From: Candidatus Micrarchaeota archaeon
Lineage (GTDB): Archaea; Micrarchaeota; Micrarchaeia; Micrarchaeales; CABMGC01
Length of the DNA: 64,000 nucleotides
Assembly (NCBI GenBank): GCA_021812185.1
Contig: JAKAON010000001.1
Coordinates: forward strand, 45,929 to 109,928
Reading direction: 5' to 3'
In this document: one piece after another, positions 8,705-18,793 of the stretch
Layout of the letters: each line of letters starts with the position of its first letter
Position numbering within the stretch: position 1 is the stretch's first letter
Notes under the pieces: generated by a model
What the model saw: only the letters and a program-made list of their open reading frames with translations
Databases searched by the model: none
What the model was told of the DNA's origin: nothing
Position numbers and translations under genes: made by a program

Positions 8705-9586
8705 TTATGCAATTACGAAATAATCTTTTCTCTTCTCACTCACGTCTCCATTTTCAGATAGCAGATATAGTATTGCACGTGCAGCATCTTCACTTATCCC
8801 AACTTCCTTTGCTATTTCCGAAACCCTATTTGATCCGGATCTTATCGCCTTCACTATGCTGCCGCTGTTCTTCTCTATAAATGAACGCAACACGACATAG
8901 AACTTCCTGTTGAAAGCCCTTGTCCCAAGTACAAATCCTTGCCTTATACTCTCCTCAAGGGCAAGTGACATGCTTGACGCTTCAGCCTCTGTTTGCAGTA
9001 CTAGGAATCCATTCTCCTCAAGTGATATCACATATGGATTGTCGTCCACGCTCTTCTTCAGCAAAGGTATCTTAAATGCCCGAATTGGAGCCTTTGCAGA
9101 GGATTGAGGCTGCTGGACGATTATCGCAGTGTTCTTTCGCATGAGGAATTTGTCATAAACAGATTTTGATATGCCGTATAAGGGCGACTGCGCCTTGTCG
9201 CTTTTGAATATGTTTACTGCCTTCCTCTTTAGGAGCTGGTTTAAGGTCAATTTTTCTGACTCAGAAAGTAACTTCTCTACGTTCTCCTTAGTGCGCATGT
9301 TGTATCGTATGGTGTCGAGTTTCTTTAGTACAGCTATTTCCTCGTCTGAGAGATGATCATTTCCAAATGATTGCCTTTGCGCAAGCATTTGCGGTGAATC
9401 TGATACTTTCCCTTCATCTTTTCCTAGGAGGAGATTTGCTGCATCAGATTTTTTGGCAAACATGAAAGATTTTTGATTGAGTTTGAAGAAGTCAACTTCC
9501 TCGTTCTCTTCAAGATTTAATGACTTTATAACTTCGACTGGAAGATAAAGGATAAGTTTGTTGTTTTGCTTGTATATTTTAACCAT
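8705..9586 (-). CDS. Putative DNA-binding protein: AbrB/SpoVT-like N-terminus and C-terminal HTH
   Basis: KLILYLPVEVIKSLNLEENEEVDF (AbrB-like); VSEIAKEVGISEDAARAILYLLSENG (wHTH). Confidence 0.65.
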   Translation of the reverse strand: MVKIYKQNNKLILYLPVEVIKSLNLEENEEVDFFKLNQKSFMFAKKSDAANLLLGKDEGKVSDSPQMLAQRQSFGNDHLSDEEIAVLKKLDTIRYNMRTKENVEKLLSESEKLTLNQLLKRKAVNIFKSDKAQSPLYGISKSVYDKFLMRKNTAIIVQQPQSSAKAPIRAFKIPLLKKSVDDNPYVISLEENGFLVLQTEAEASSMSLALEESIRQGFVLGTRAFNRKFYVVLRSFIEKNSGSIVKAIRSGSNRVSEIAKEVGISEDAARAILYLLSENGDVSEKRKDYFVIA

Positions 9587-9681
9587 TGAATCACGGATAG
9601 AAATGGAAAACTGGATAGATACAATTATATAATGCAAAAACTAAAAAGCGTTCGTGAGCGTTAAATCTTAGGGTATTGCTT

Positions 9682-11574
9682 ATGAAATATGCGTTTGAAT
9701 CGTCAAGAGCGCAGTTTGCAGATGGAATTGCAAAGGCGATTGCGAAGAAGTACCCAGGCGCGCACATAAAGAATACCGATATAGAGATTTCGATATCGAT
9801 ACCTGATCCTAAATTTGGAGATCTTAGCTGTTCGATAGCCCTGCGAATAGGGAGCATTGAACACGCGAATCCTGGAGATGTAGCAAAAACAATCGCAGAA
9901 GCATTCGAAGCAAAAGATATGATATCCAAAGTAGATGTCGTGGGAGGATACATAAATGCGTGGCTTAATGAGGCATATTATGCGAAAGAGGTGCTAGGAG
10001 AAGTTTCTGAAATGGGCGATAGATACGGATCTTCGCAAATGGGCAGTGGGATAAAAGTGATTGTTGAATCGCCAAGCGTGAATCCAAATAAATCATGGCA
10101 CATAGGGCATCTCAAGAGCGCGCTTCTTGGGGACATAGTTTCGAGAAGCTTGTCATTTTGCGGATATGACGTCGAGAGGGAAAATTACATCGACGACTTG
10201 GGGTTGCAAATGGCTGAGATAACGTGGGGATACATGAATGTTAATTCCCACGCAGACAAGAAATTTGACCAATGGCTGGGCGAGCAATATGTGCAAATCA
10301 ACAAGATGCTCGAGGATAAATCGATAAAGGATAAGATAGCAGAATTGCTCAAAAAAATGGAAGAAGGAGGAACGCTGGAATCTGCTACAAGTAGGGATAT
10401 TGCTGAGAGATGCGTGAAGGCGCAATATGAAACTGCGCGCAACTACAATATATCTCACGATGTTCTTGTATGGGAAGGGGATATTGTAAGGGAAAGGCTT
10501 GTTGACAGGGCACTTGAGATAGGCAAGGAGAAAGGCATACTGGAAGTGCCTACGGACGGAAAATACAAAGGATGCATAATAGTAAATTTGGGGGACAGCA
10601 AACTTCTTGAAAAAGAGGTAAAGAACGCTGAGGAAGACAAGAAAGTCCTTATACGGAGCAATGGGACAGCCACTTATATAGCCAAAGACTTTGCATTCCA
10701 TCTCTGGAAGCTTGGAATGATGCATGCAGATTTCAAATTCAAGGAATTCATGATTCAGGAAAATGGAAATCACGCACTTTATACTACATCTAACAGAGGT
10801 ACGGACATGGCTTTTGGAGGTGCAGATATAGTTGTAAACGTGATCGGATCTGCCCAAAGACTTCAGCAGTTGATATTAAAGGCCTTGGTGAACGAAGTGG
10901 CAGAGCCTGGATCAAGAAAGGAGATAGTTCATCTTTCGTATGGGGAAGTCGGAATTATCGGAGGCACATTAAGCGGAAGGACAGGTGGATGGATGGGGGA
11001 GAGGGTAAATTATACTGCAGATGACTTGCTTGGGGAAATGAAAGCAAAGGCCCTTGAATTAATTGAGCAAAAAAACAGGGATATTAGTCCAAATGAAAAA
11101 GAGGCGATATCGAAGGAAATAGCACTTAGTGCTATACGTTTCGAGTTCCTTAGACAGGCTCCAGAGAAGAAAATAGAGTTCTCATGGGAGAAGGCGCTTA
11201 ATTTTAGCGGCAATTCTGGACCTTATTGCATGTATATGTACGCAAGGGCTGCAAAAATACTAAGCAAGGAGATTTCCGGGCAAATTAATGACAATGATAT
11301 TAGCTTGATAACCAGAGATCATGGGTTCGAATTAGTAAAAATGATAAGTTATGCGCACTACAACATAGAAAAGGCATGCAGGGAGTACAGGCCGAATATA
11401 CTTGTCGAGTACATGCTCGCACTCTCGGCTTCCTTTAGCAAATTCTACGAGAATTCTCCAATATTAAAAGGTGGCGATGCTAAGAACGCGAGGCTCGCGA
11501 TTACCAGAGCTACAAAGCAGACACTTTCGAACTTGCTTGTTATCATTGGTGTTACACCTCTTGAGAATGTGTAG
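9682..11574 (+). CDS. argS: Arginyl-tRNA synthetase
   Basis: FGDLS, SVNPNKSWHIGHL (HIGH), RSNGTATYIAKD, GNSGPYCMYMYARA, DALR-type C-terminus. Confidence 0.96.
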   Translation: MKYAFESSRAQFADGIAKAIAKKYPGAHIKNTDIEISISIPDPKFGDLSCSIALRIGSIEHANPGDVAKTIAEAFEAKDMISKVDVVGGYINAWLNEAYYAKEVLGEVSEMGDRYGSSQMGSGIKVIVESPSVNPNKSWHIGHLKSALLGDIVSRSLSFCGYDVERENYIDDLGLQMAEITWGYMNVNSHADKKFDQWLGEQYVQINKMLEDKSIKDKIAELLKKMEEGGTLESATSRDIAERCVKAQYETARNYNISHDVLVWEGDIVRERLVDRALEIGKEKGILEVPTDGKYKGCIIVNLGDSKLLEKEVKNAEEDKKVLIRSNGTATYIAKDFAFHLWKLGMMHADFKFKEFMIQENGNHALYTTSNRGTDMAFGGADIVVNVIGSAQRLQQLILKALVNEVAEPGSRKEIVHLSYGEVGIIGGTLSGRTGGWMGERVNYTADDLLGEMKAKALELIEQKNRDISPNEKEAISKEIALSAIRFEFLRQAPEKKIEFSWEKALNFSGNSGPYCMYMYARAAKILSKEISGQINDNDISLITRDHGFELVKMISYAHYNIEKACREYRPNILVEYMLALSASFSKFYENSPILKGGDAKNARLAITRATKQTLSNLLVIIGVTPLENV

Positions 11575-12514
11575 ATATTTTAATTTGGAGATTTTCTATA
11601 ATGCTCTTTACGCGATCGTAAGTAAGTGTTGTATCTATTCCCTCTGTTCCCCCTTTCCATCTCTCTAGTGCATTTCCAATGCGTATAGATATCTCATTTA
11701 CATAATCCATGCTTTTTGAATCGTATGATGCATACGCCAGAGTTTTTAAATGGAATGAGATGGCAAGCAGCATTCTGCTATCCTGCTTCTTTGATTCAGA
11801 CAATGATTCCTCGGCAAGTGCTAAGAGTTCGCATTTCATGGCATAGCGGAAGTTCGGATCAATAGACATATTATGTTGTAATTGCAGATTGTATGCCTTT
11901 TCATCCATATCTATCACTGCAATTATTTTTTCTTGATCCGCATGACTTAGTGATGATAATATGTCGAGATCGTTTTTGACACTCATGATGTCCAATTCCA
12001 GATTCATGTGTTCACCCATACCAAGATACGGCTCAGGTATGTTCATTTTCTTCCATTCTATGCAGATGTCGTATGCTGAATGTGAAAATTGTGTTGCAAG
12101 GTCAAGATTATTTCTGGAATCAAGAATTCTGGTTGCCAGCTCGTTGTAGAGGAACATGGCAGAATATTTCAAATCGAGATATTCCATTATCATCGCCCTT
12201 TGCTCTAAGGATATAATTTTACTCAGTTCTGGCTCACTGATGGTTAATGAGTAGATGCCCTTCTTTTCAGATATTTTATCTTCCACATTTTCTATGATTC
12301 GTTTTACTTCATCAGAACTGCGCATGATGTGCGGGCCGTTAGAATCATATAGCGGTCCGTTTAGAAGATCCGGATTGAATTCTTCATAGTATTTTACTAG
12401 CTTAATCTCGTTTTCCTTGCCAGGGTATATTATTAGGCTGTCTTTGTTTCTCAGTATGCCAGCCAGAGCATTGCTTATGTTAGACCTGTTTTCCGATTGT
12501 CTTTGTTTCTCCAT
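11552..12514 (-). CDS. Orphan hypothetical helical protein
   Basis: Long ORF with no recognisable motif; start taken as MEKQRQ at 12514. Confidence 0.65.
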   Translation of the reverse strand: MEKQRQSENRSNISNALAGILRNKDSLIIYPGKENEIKLVKYYEEFNPDLLNGPLYDSNGPHIMRSSDEVKRIIENVEDKISEKKGIYSLTISEPELSKIISLEQRAMIMEYLDLKYSAMFLYNELATRILDSRNNLDLATQFSHSAYDICIEWKKMNIPEPYLGMGEHMNLELDIMSVKNDLDILSSLSHADQEKIIAVIDMDEKAYNLQLQHNMSIDPNFRYAMKCELLALAEESLSESKKQDSRMLLAISFHLKTLAYASYDSKSMDYVNEISIRIGNALERWKGGTEGIDTTLTYDRVKSIIENLQIKISTHSQEV

Positions 12515-12593
12515 TAGATCAATAATGATTTTATTTGATATTATATATGGAATCTGGATAAAGTATATATAGTAGATATAGATAGTATATATT

Positions 12594-13463
12594 ATGGAAA
12601 AGAGGATATTCAAGTTTGGAGAGAGTAGCGCGGCCGTTATACTGCCTAAAAAATGGATGGAAAAAAACGGACTGAAAGCTTCAGATGTAATATATTTATC
12701 TGAAGATCAAGCAGGAGGGCTTGTTATGGCTGCAAAGGAATCCCCAAGGCAGGACGTTGAAAAGGTTATAGATAGGCGCACAAGTTCAAATTTCATTAAC
12801 AGACTCATTGGGATTAATTATATGTATGGGACATACAAGCTGCGTATATATTCTCAAGAGGGATTTACAAGATCCCAGCTAGACAGCATTGAACAAAGAA
12901 TAAGTTATGACTGCCCAGGATTTGAGATAACCAACCAGTCGGATAAGGACGTTATAATAGAAGATTTGACAAACATAAAGGAAGTCAACATGGACAAGAT
13001 AATGCTCAGGCTGAGGTCTTTAATAAATGAGGAATTTAGGGAGATGACAAAAGGAGATCCAAAAACAATACCTAAGGTGGAGAGACTTGTGAATAGATTT
13101 TTTATGCTTGGGATACGATATATCAATGTAACCCAAGCAAGAGACGCAATGAAGTTCTCCTCGGTGCTACAAGACATGGAGACAATATCTGACAGGATGT
13201 ATATATTATCATCTAAGCAAGGTGTAAGGAAATTTGACGTATTCGAGGACCTTAGCAAGCAGTTTGAACTTAGTTTGAAGGGATTTGCTGGAGATTTGGA
13301 TGCTGTTGAGAAGGTATCAGATATCAGGGCATCGCTAATAAGCAAACTGGACAAATCAGATATTGACAAGCTCAGTGCCTATATGATCAAAGACATAGCA
13401 AACAACATATCTAACATCTCAGAATTCGGACTGCGCACTGAAGGAAGCAACCCACTAGGATAA
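12594..13463 (+). CDS. AbrB-PhoU family phosphate-uptake regulator-like protein
   Basis: KRIFKFGESSAAVILPKKW AbrB head, PGFEIT, PhoU-like helical repeats (METISDR). Confidence 0.8.
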   Translation: MEKRIFKFGESSAAVILPKKWMEKNGLKASDVIYLSEDQAGGLVMAAKESPRQDVEKVIDRRTSSNFINRLIGINYMYGTYKLRIYSQEGFTRSQLDSIEQRISYDCPGFEITNQSDKDVIIEDLTNIKEVNMDKIMLRLRSLINEEFREMTKGDPKTIPKVERLVNRFFMLGIRYINVTQARDAMKFSSVLQDMETISDRMYILSSKQGVRKFDVFEDLSKQFELSLKGFAGDLDAVEKVSDIRASLISKLDKSDIDKLSAYMIKDIANNISNISEFGLRTEGSNPLG

Positions 13464-14573
13464 AGCCTTGCGCTTCTCTTCGATGTAGCTTTCGTATGTC
13501 TTATTGCCATTGCATACTTCACTTAGGTTTGATATGTCATTTGCAAGGTTAGGAAAGTAGTATTTGGTATATTGCGGCCATGGAATTGAATTTGCAAGCG
13601 CCTCTTTAGCTCTTTTTATTAAATCATTTGCCCATTCCTTATTCCCATTTTTGATTGCGCATTGTGCAGCAAACGTGAAGTTCTGTGCTGCATATCCTGA
13701 AGGATCATTGTTTTTATAGACTTTATCAGTCAACTTGAGATGTGATAGTGCGAGTTGCTCGGAGAATATCACACTGTCCAATTCTTCTATAGGCATTGTG
13801 CTGTTGTATTTCTTACTTTCCTGCTCCAAAAATGCGACGATTTCGGATATGTCCTCACCTGAAAGTTTTTTGAGATCTTCTAGCCTCTTTTTTGTGTGGT
13901 AGATATCTTCCTCTGCACTTCCAAAGCCATCTCCCCTATTCTTCTCAGGAGGGCAGTTGTTCACTGCGTTTTCGGCTCTGAGCAGCAGTTCCTCAGTCCA
14001 GCCAAAGCTCTTTAAGGTATGCAGAGACGATGATGCCGCCAGCACATACCACAACGCAGCGGAATAGAGGTCATCTGCAGCTTCGTATAGCATTGCTTTC
14101 TTTTCATAGGCCAATATTTCAGATAGCGCACGCTCGTCAATTGTGCCAGCGTATTTTCCCCTTTCTTCTTTAATCTTTGCCTTTATCTCTCTTACTACGA
14201 CAAGCTTCTCCCCATTCGTCATGCCTTTTTGGAACTTCCTAACATTTGACTTAAAGTCATTGATTTTTGCAGCTTCTGCGCTTGATTTGCCATCTATTGC
14301 ATCGATTGAAAGCCCCTGCCATAACTCTACATCCATTACGTCAGGCCCGAACGCCGCACCATAGGAAAGATTCACATCCTTGCTCGCGATTATCTTGTTG
14401 TTGTTTTCATGATCGAATATGAACAGCGTGCCTGAACGTTCTGAATTCCTGTGCACTTCGACTTGATATCGTTTGTCAACCCGTGACCACCACACGACCT
14501 TGCATTCTTTATCAAATGGTTCCTGGCTTGCCCACTCCATAATTGGCTTTTGTTCTCTTTTATGCACTTCCAT
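13455..14573 (-). CDS. Orphan hypothetical protein with duplicated helical units
   Basis: 372-aa ORF; two W..L..RA..A..N helical units follow a beta-rich N-terminal domain. Confidence 0.65.
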   Translation of the reverse strand: MEVHKREQKPIMEWASQEPFDKECKVVWWSRVDKRYQVEVHRNSERSGTLFIFDHENNNKIIASKDVNLSYGAAFGPDVMDVELWQGLSIDAIDGKSSAEAAKINDFKSNVRKFQKGMTNGEKLVVVREIKAKIKEERGKYAGTIDERALSEILAYEKKAMLYEAADDLYSAALWYVLAASSSLHTLKSFGWTEELLLRAENAVNNCPPEKNRGDGFGSAEEDIYHTKKRLEDLKKLSGEDISEIVAFLEQESKKYNSTMPIEELDSVIFSEQLALSHLKLTDKVYKNNDPSGYAAQNFTFAAQCAIKNGNKEWANDLIKRAKEALANSIPWPQYTKYYFPNLANDISNLSEVCNGNKTYESYIEEKRKALS

Positions 14574-14663
14574 ATAATCAATTTTAATTTAATTTGATTC
14601 ATATATATGTAATTGGAATAAAGTATATATCAAACATATATACAATTTATGCGTCTTGATAAT

Positions 14664-15914
14664 TCAAAGAGTCATCTGGGTGCCGTGCTTATTCTCCTTT
14701 ATCTTATCCATTATATCTATAACTCCAAAAACCCCGTCATAACCAGGGATAAGGTGGACCCTCTCCTTCCTTATTCGTTCTATAGCGATACCGAGTTCCT
14801 TGTCAACGCCTTCGAGTTTGCTTATGTCTTCGTTAAGCAGGACATTGAACTCGCTTCCAAAACTTGATACCAGCTTCCTGAGGGCTTCGTCCACAGCAGG
14901 AGAACTATCATTTTTCTTCATTATGTATGCGATCACCTCTCGCAAAGGAACCGTATGCAGATAAGGAATTGCATTCTTTGGAGTGTACCCTTCGGGCCTA
15001 TCTGCAAGATCGTTCACCCTGTGCAGTACGCCGATTGTAAGATTCTTTCTGCATACGGGACATATGTTGTTGTATTTTTCTGCCTCCTGAGGGCTTAGAG
15101 AGATGTTGCATTTCCTATGCCCATCGAAATGATACTTCCCCTCCTCAGGATAGAATTCAACAGTAAGCTTTATTCTCTTTGGATCTTTCTTGATTATGCA
15201 GTCAGCTATTTCACCGTAGGATAATTTATCCTCCGATATTTCCAGCACATTTGCTTCCCTTCCCAACTTGTGCAGGGAGTGCGCATCGCTGTTCGATAGT
15301 AAGGTTATCTTGTCAAGCGAAGAGAGGCGCCAGTTCATTTTTGGATCTGAGCTAAGTCCGGTCTCGAGAGCATGTATGTTTTTAGCCTGGTCTTCATATG
15401 CGTCCTTTATCGAATCAAATCCAGACATCGATCCAAGAGCGCCGAAATACGGTGTCCATATGTGCGCCGGAAATACAGTGATTGATTTGTCTATTTCCAT
15501 TAGAATTTCGACGAGCTCACTTGCATGCATATTGAAGACGGGCCTCCCATCGGATGTTAGGGGCCCACGTTTGGAAAGGACATCATTTATCTGTTCCGCC
15601 ACGGCGATGTTAGGGGCAAGTACACAGTTGTGTATCTTCCTTGTCTTTCCGTCCTTGTTAAATATGGTGCAAATTTCTACACCCAACACAAACATTGTGC
15701 CTGATTTTTCACCTTTGAGGGAGTATATGCCGTTTTGGTATTCCGAAAGATTTTCCTTTATCTCACTAAACCAGGAAGGATGGGTAAAATCTCCAGTGCT
15801 AAGCAGTTTTATCCCTTTCTCCTGAGCCTCATGGGCAAGTCCTTTTATGGTTATGCTTGGGCTGCATGCCATTGCATACCTTGAATGAATGTGAAAATCG
15901 GATATTATTTCCAT
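14664..15914 (-). CDS. Endonuclease Q family (PHP domain) DNA-repair nuclease
   Basis: DFHIHSRY, TGDFTHP, HIWTPYF, ETGLSSD, NSDAHS, GKYH..C..CPVC, PGYDGVFG. Confidence 0.9.
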   Translation of the reverse strand: MEIISDFHIHSRYAMACSPSITIKGLAHEAQEKGIKLLSTGDFTHPSWFSEIKENLSEYQNGIYSLKGEKSGTMFVLGVEICTIFNKDGKTRKIHNCVLAPNIAVAEQINDVLSKRGPLTSDGRPVFNMHASELVEILMEIDKSITVFPAHIWTPYFGALGSMSGFDSIKDAYEDQAKNIHALETGLSSDPKMNWRLSSLDKITLLSNSDAHSLHKLGREANVLEISEDKLSYGEIADCIIKKDPKRIKLTVEFYPEEGKYHFDGHRKCNISLSPQEAEKYNNICPVCRKNLTIGVLHRVNDLADRPEGYTPKNAIPYLHTVPLREVIAYIMKKNDSSPAVDEALRKLVSSFGSEFNVLLNEDISKLEGVDKELGIAIERIRKERVHLIPGYDGVFGVIDIMDKIKENKHGTQMTL

Positions 15915-15992
15915 TAAGGCTCACTTTACAGGAATATTTGTCTTTTCGCTTTCCAGCTTATATATTTATTCCTGTCTCGTTATTATGTTATC

Positions 15993-16877
15993 ATGGAACC
16001 ACTCAATACGTTGCCCAAATACAACCTCTTTGGACTTGAAGGGCAAGATTACAAGAAAGCAAAGGTAGTAGTAGTGCCGATACCGTATGATGCCACACTC
16101 ACGTATAGATCAGGTGCAAGGGACGGACCACATGCTATAATAGATGCAAGCAGGAACTTGGAATTATATAGCTATGAGATTGGAGAGGACATAAGCAAGA
16201 TAGGAATATATACGACTGACGAGATGGCTCCGGATCTGAGTTCTCCTGAAAATATGGCAAAGAGGATACAAAAGGAGATCGGTATACTGCTTGATGATGG
16301 TAAGATGCCTCTTTTGCTTGGAGGAGACCATTCGATAACGATAGGTGCTATAGGTGCATTTAAAGAGAGGAAGAAGGATATAAGCATAATACAGTTCGAT
16401 GCACACTCGGATTCACGAGATGAGATATTCGGCAGCAAATACACACATGCATCAGTAATGGCAAGGGTGCGTGAGATGTATGACAAAGTTGTGCAAGTTG
16501 GCCTGCGCAGCATAGATGGCGATTCGGCAAAGGCGCTTAATCCAAAATGCACATTAACGATGGAGGATATCCATGGATTATCAGGAAAGGAGATAGCACG
16601 CAAGATAATAGAAGCAACAGGCAGTGAAATTTATATAACAATAGATTTAGACGTACTTGACCCAAGCGAGATGCCAAGCGTAGGAACACCCGAGCCAGAC
16701 GGATTGAGATTTAACCAAATAACTGAAATAATACGAGAGATATCGAAGAAAAAACGCCTTGTGGGCCTTGATATCGTAGAGCTAAGCCCGATACCTTATT
16801 TCACGTATCCCAATTTCACGGCAGCAAAACTTGCATATCTCACACTTGGGTATTTCTTTTCCAAGAAAAAGGCTTAG
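15993..16877 (+). CDS. speB: Agmatinase
   Basis: GGDHSIT, FDAHSD, DLDVLDPS..GTPEPDG ureohydrolase motifs. Confidence 0.92.
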   Translation: MEPLNTLPKYNLFGLEGQDYKKAKVVVVPIPYDATLTYRSGARDGPHAIIDASRNLELYSYEIGEDISKIGIYTTDEMAPDLSSPENMAKRIQKEIGILLDDGKMPLLLGGDHSITIGAIGAFKERKKDISIIQFDAHSDSRDEIFGSKYTHASVMARVREMYDKVVQVGLRSIDGDSAKALNPKCTLTMEDIHGLSGKEIARKIIEATGSEIYITIDLDVLDPSEMPSVGTPEPDGLRFNQITEIIREISKKKRLVGLDIVELSPIPYFTYPNFTAAKLAYLTLGYFFSKKKA

Positions 16878-17902
16878 TCCCTCTTTGCAAGGCCAATCTT
16901 CCAGTCTGCTCCGCTATACCAGGTCCACAGCTCGCTTCCCACCTCTACAGCATTGCAGTCGAATATCACATTTGGCACAGGACCGCCTTTTTTCTCCCAT
17001 TGTAGTTTCGGCTCGAGCAAAGGCATGCTAGATCGCAGCACCTTAGAGGGATCTCCGGGATTTTCCTTATCTAAAAGTGCCCCGAATATTCGATATATCT
17101 TGTTTTCAGGTATGCCGTGATACTCTACACCGTGGTACACCATAAACCATCCAAGATCAGTAGGTATCGGGACTGAACCTCCGCCTATCCAGCCATTGTC
17201 TAACATGTCCCTGCGCGGCGCCATCAGGATAGTTTGATCAAGGTCCCATGGACCATTGAGAGAATCTGCATATGCTATCTTTATATATGGCCAGGGCCTG
17301 CGCAAAAGCGCGTACCTGCCGTTTATCTTCTCTGGAAATAGGACGCCGTCCTTATCCGAATCTTCGTCCTTCTCCTTATTGACAGTACACCGATATATGA
17401 ATTTGCCATCCACAAGCTCGTTTATGTCTATTGATGCTATGTGTTTTTCCTTATCTGCCCTTGTAGAGAGCATTATTATCCTGCCGTCATCAGACATTAT
17501 TGTTATTCTTGGGTCCTCATATTGTATCATTTCAGATGGATTTGGGAGTGCCTGACCGTGCTTTGTCCATGTTATTCCGTCTTTGCTCGTGGCAATCTTA
17601 AGCGTAGATACATCGCCTTCGGCATCTGCCCTATATATTTGCACTAAAACGTCTTTCACACGCAGGTTGCCTGGAAGCAGGATTTCCGATTTTAACTTTA
17701 TGGCAGCAGGATTGAGTGTGTACTTTGCTTCGCTCGGATCCGTTTTGTTAGGAACCAATACGGGACGCGTTGTTACACGCTCAAATGTCTTCCCATCTAG
17801 GAAACTTTGCAACCAAGGTATAGAGCTTTTGAGCTGAACCGGCTTCCCTTCGGAGTCGAGCCATGCTGGAGCTTGAGAATTCTTCCTCGTAAAACCCACC
17901 AA
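16874..17902 (-). CDS. GH130-like glycosidase/mannoside phosphorylase
   Basis: NPAAI, EDPRI, KDGVLFPEKINGRYALLRRP, GWFMVYHGV, VPNVIF, YSGAD. Confidence 0.85.
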   Translation of the reverse strand: MVGFTRKNSQAPAWLDSEGKPVQLKSSIPWLQSFLDGKTFERVTTRPVLVPNKTDPSEAKYTLNPAAIKLKSEILLPGNLRVKDVLVQIYRADAEGDVSTLKIATSKDGITWTKHGQALPNPSEMIQYEDPRITIMSDDGRIIMLSTRADKEKHIASIDINELVDGKFIYRCTVNKEKDEDSDKDGVLFPEKINGRYALLRRPWPYIKIAYADSLNGPWDLDQTILMAPRRDMLDNGWIGGGSVPIPTDLGWFMVYHGVEYHGIPENKIYRIFGALLDKENPGDPSKVLRSSMPLLEPKLQWEKKGGPVPNVIFDCNAVEVGSELWTWYSGADWKIGLAKRD

Positions 17903-17974
17903 TATATCTTTGTACAGATAAATTAATATAACGCTATTGTGAATTTAATTTGTTAATTTCAGGGCATGATTTGA

Positions 17975-18790
17975 ATGAATAAGAACCTTTATTTGATTGT
18001 CATACTTGCTATGCTATTTGGCAGCGCGGAGGCAGGCACTGTTATTCTTTCTGGATCATGCGCCACTGCAACATCAAACAACAGTCTTACGTTTATATTA
18101 TCAAACAGCGGCAATGACACAGCTGCGAATCTTGTTCTTGTACCGTATCTAAGCGGCGCTACTGCTAAAAGTAACCTTTACAGTATTCCAAGCATAGGAG
18201 AGAATTCTACGATAAAATTCAATGTTAGTTTCTCTCCAAGAGGGCTTCCCGGGACATATTCTGATTATTTCGTGCTTGGATATGAACAGGGAAGCGGACA
18301 GGAATTCAGCGCACTTTTTCCATGCCTTGTAAGCATTGAGAAGGATACAGTGTCCGAAGTATATGCATCTGCAAACGTCACGGACATGGGAAAAGTACAG
18401 AATGTCAATGTCAGCATATTCAATAACGGCCCGTTCGCGCTTCAGGTTAATGTGTCGCTTCTGCTTCCGCCCACCCTGATTCAGAATTCTACTCAAAACA
18501 TGTCTGTTGAATTGACGCCCTTTATGCAAAAAACTTTGGATTTCCCGGTTAAAACGCCTCCTAGCGGATCGTCATACTCGGCAGCCGTAGCAGTACAATA
18601 TGCTTTGAAAGGAGAGCATTACGCGTATCAAACCATATTCGTAATTTCTGGGCACAATGCCCAAAATTCTGCAAGCATATACTCTTACCTGCCCTTCGCA
18701 TTGATGATACTTGCCATAGCCGTAGTTTTGATATTGTTAGGAAGAACGGTTGTACAAAGACGTAAGAGGAGCGCACAGAAAAGCGCTTGA
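17975..18790 (+). CDS. Exported surface protein, probable Ig-like domains and C-terminal TM anchor
   Basis: Signal peptide, SNSGNDTA and FNNGP beta-sandwich-like motifs, many sequons, TM plus basic tail. Confidence 0.7.
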   Translation: MNKNLYLIVILAMLFGSAEAGTVILSGSCATATSNNSLTFILSNSGNDTAANLVLVPYLSGATAKSNLYSIPSIGENSTIKFNVSFSPRGLPGTYSDYFVLGYEQGSGQEFSALFPCLVSIEKDTVSEVYASANVTDMGKVQNVNVSIFNNGPFALQVNVSLLLPPTLIQNSTQNMSVELTPFMQKTLDFPVKTPPSGSSYSAAVAVQYALKGEHYAYQTIFVISGHNAQNSASIYSYLPFALMILAIAVVLILLGRTVVQRRKRSAQKSA

Positions 18791-18793
18791 ACG

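Noticed and set aside
10153..10857. Long antisense ORFs (also 37018-37635, 43977-44618, 50070-50624 and many shorter ones)
   Set aside because: They shadow well-supported genes on the other strand and show no motifs.
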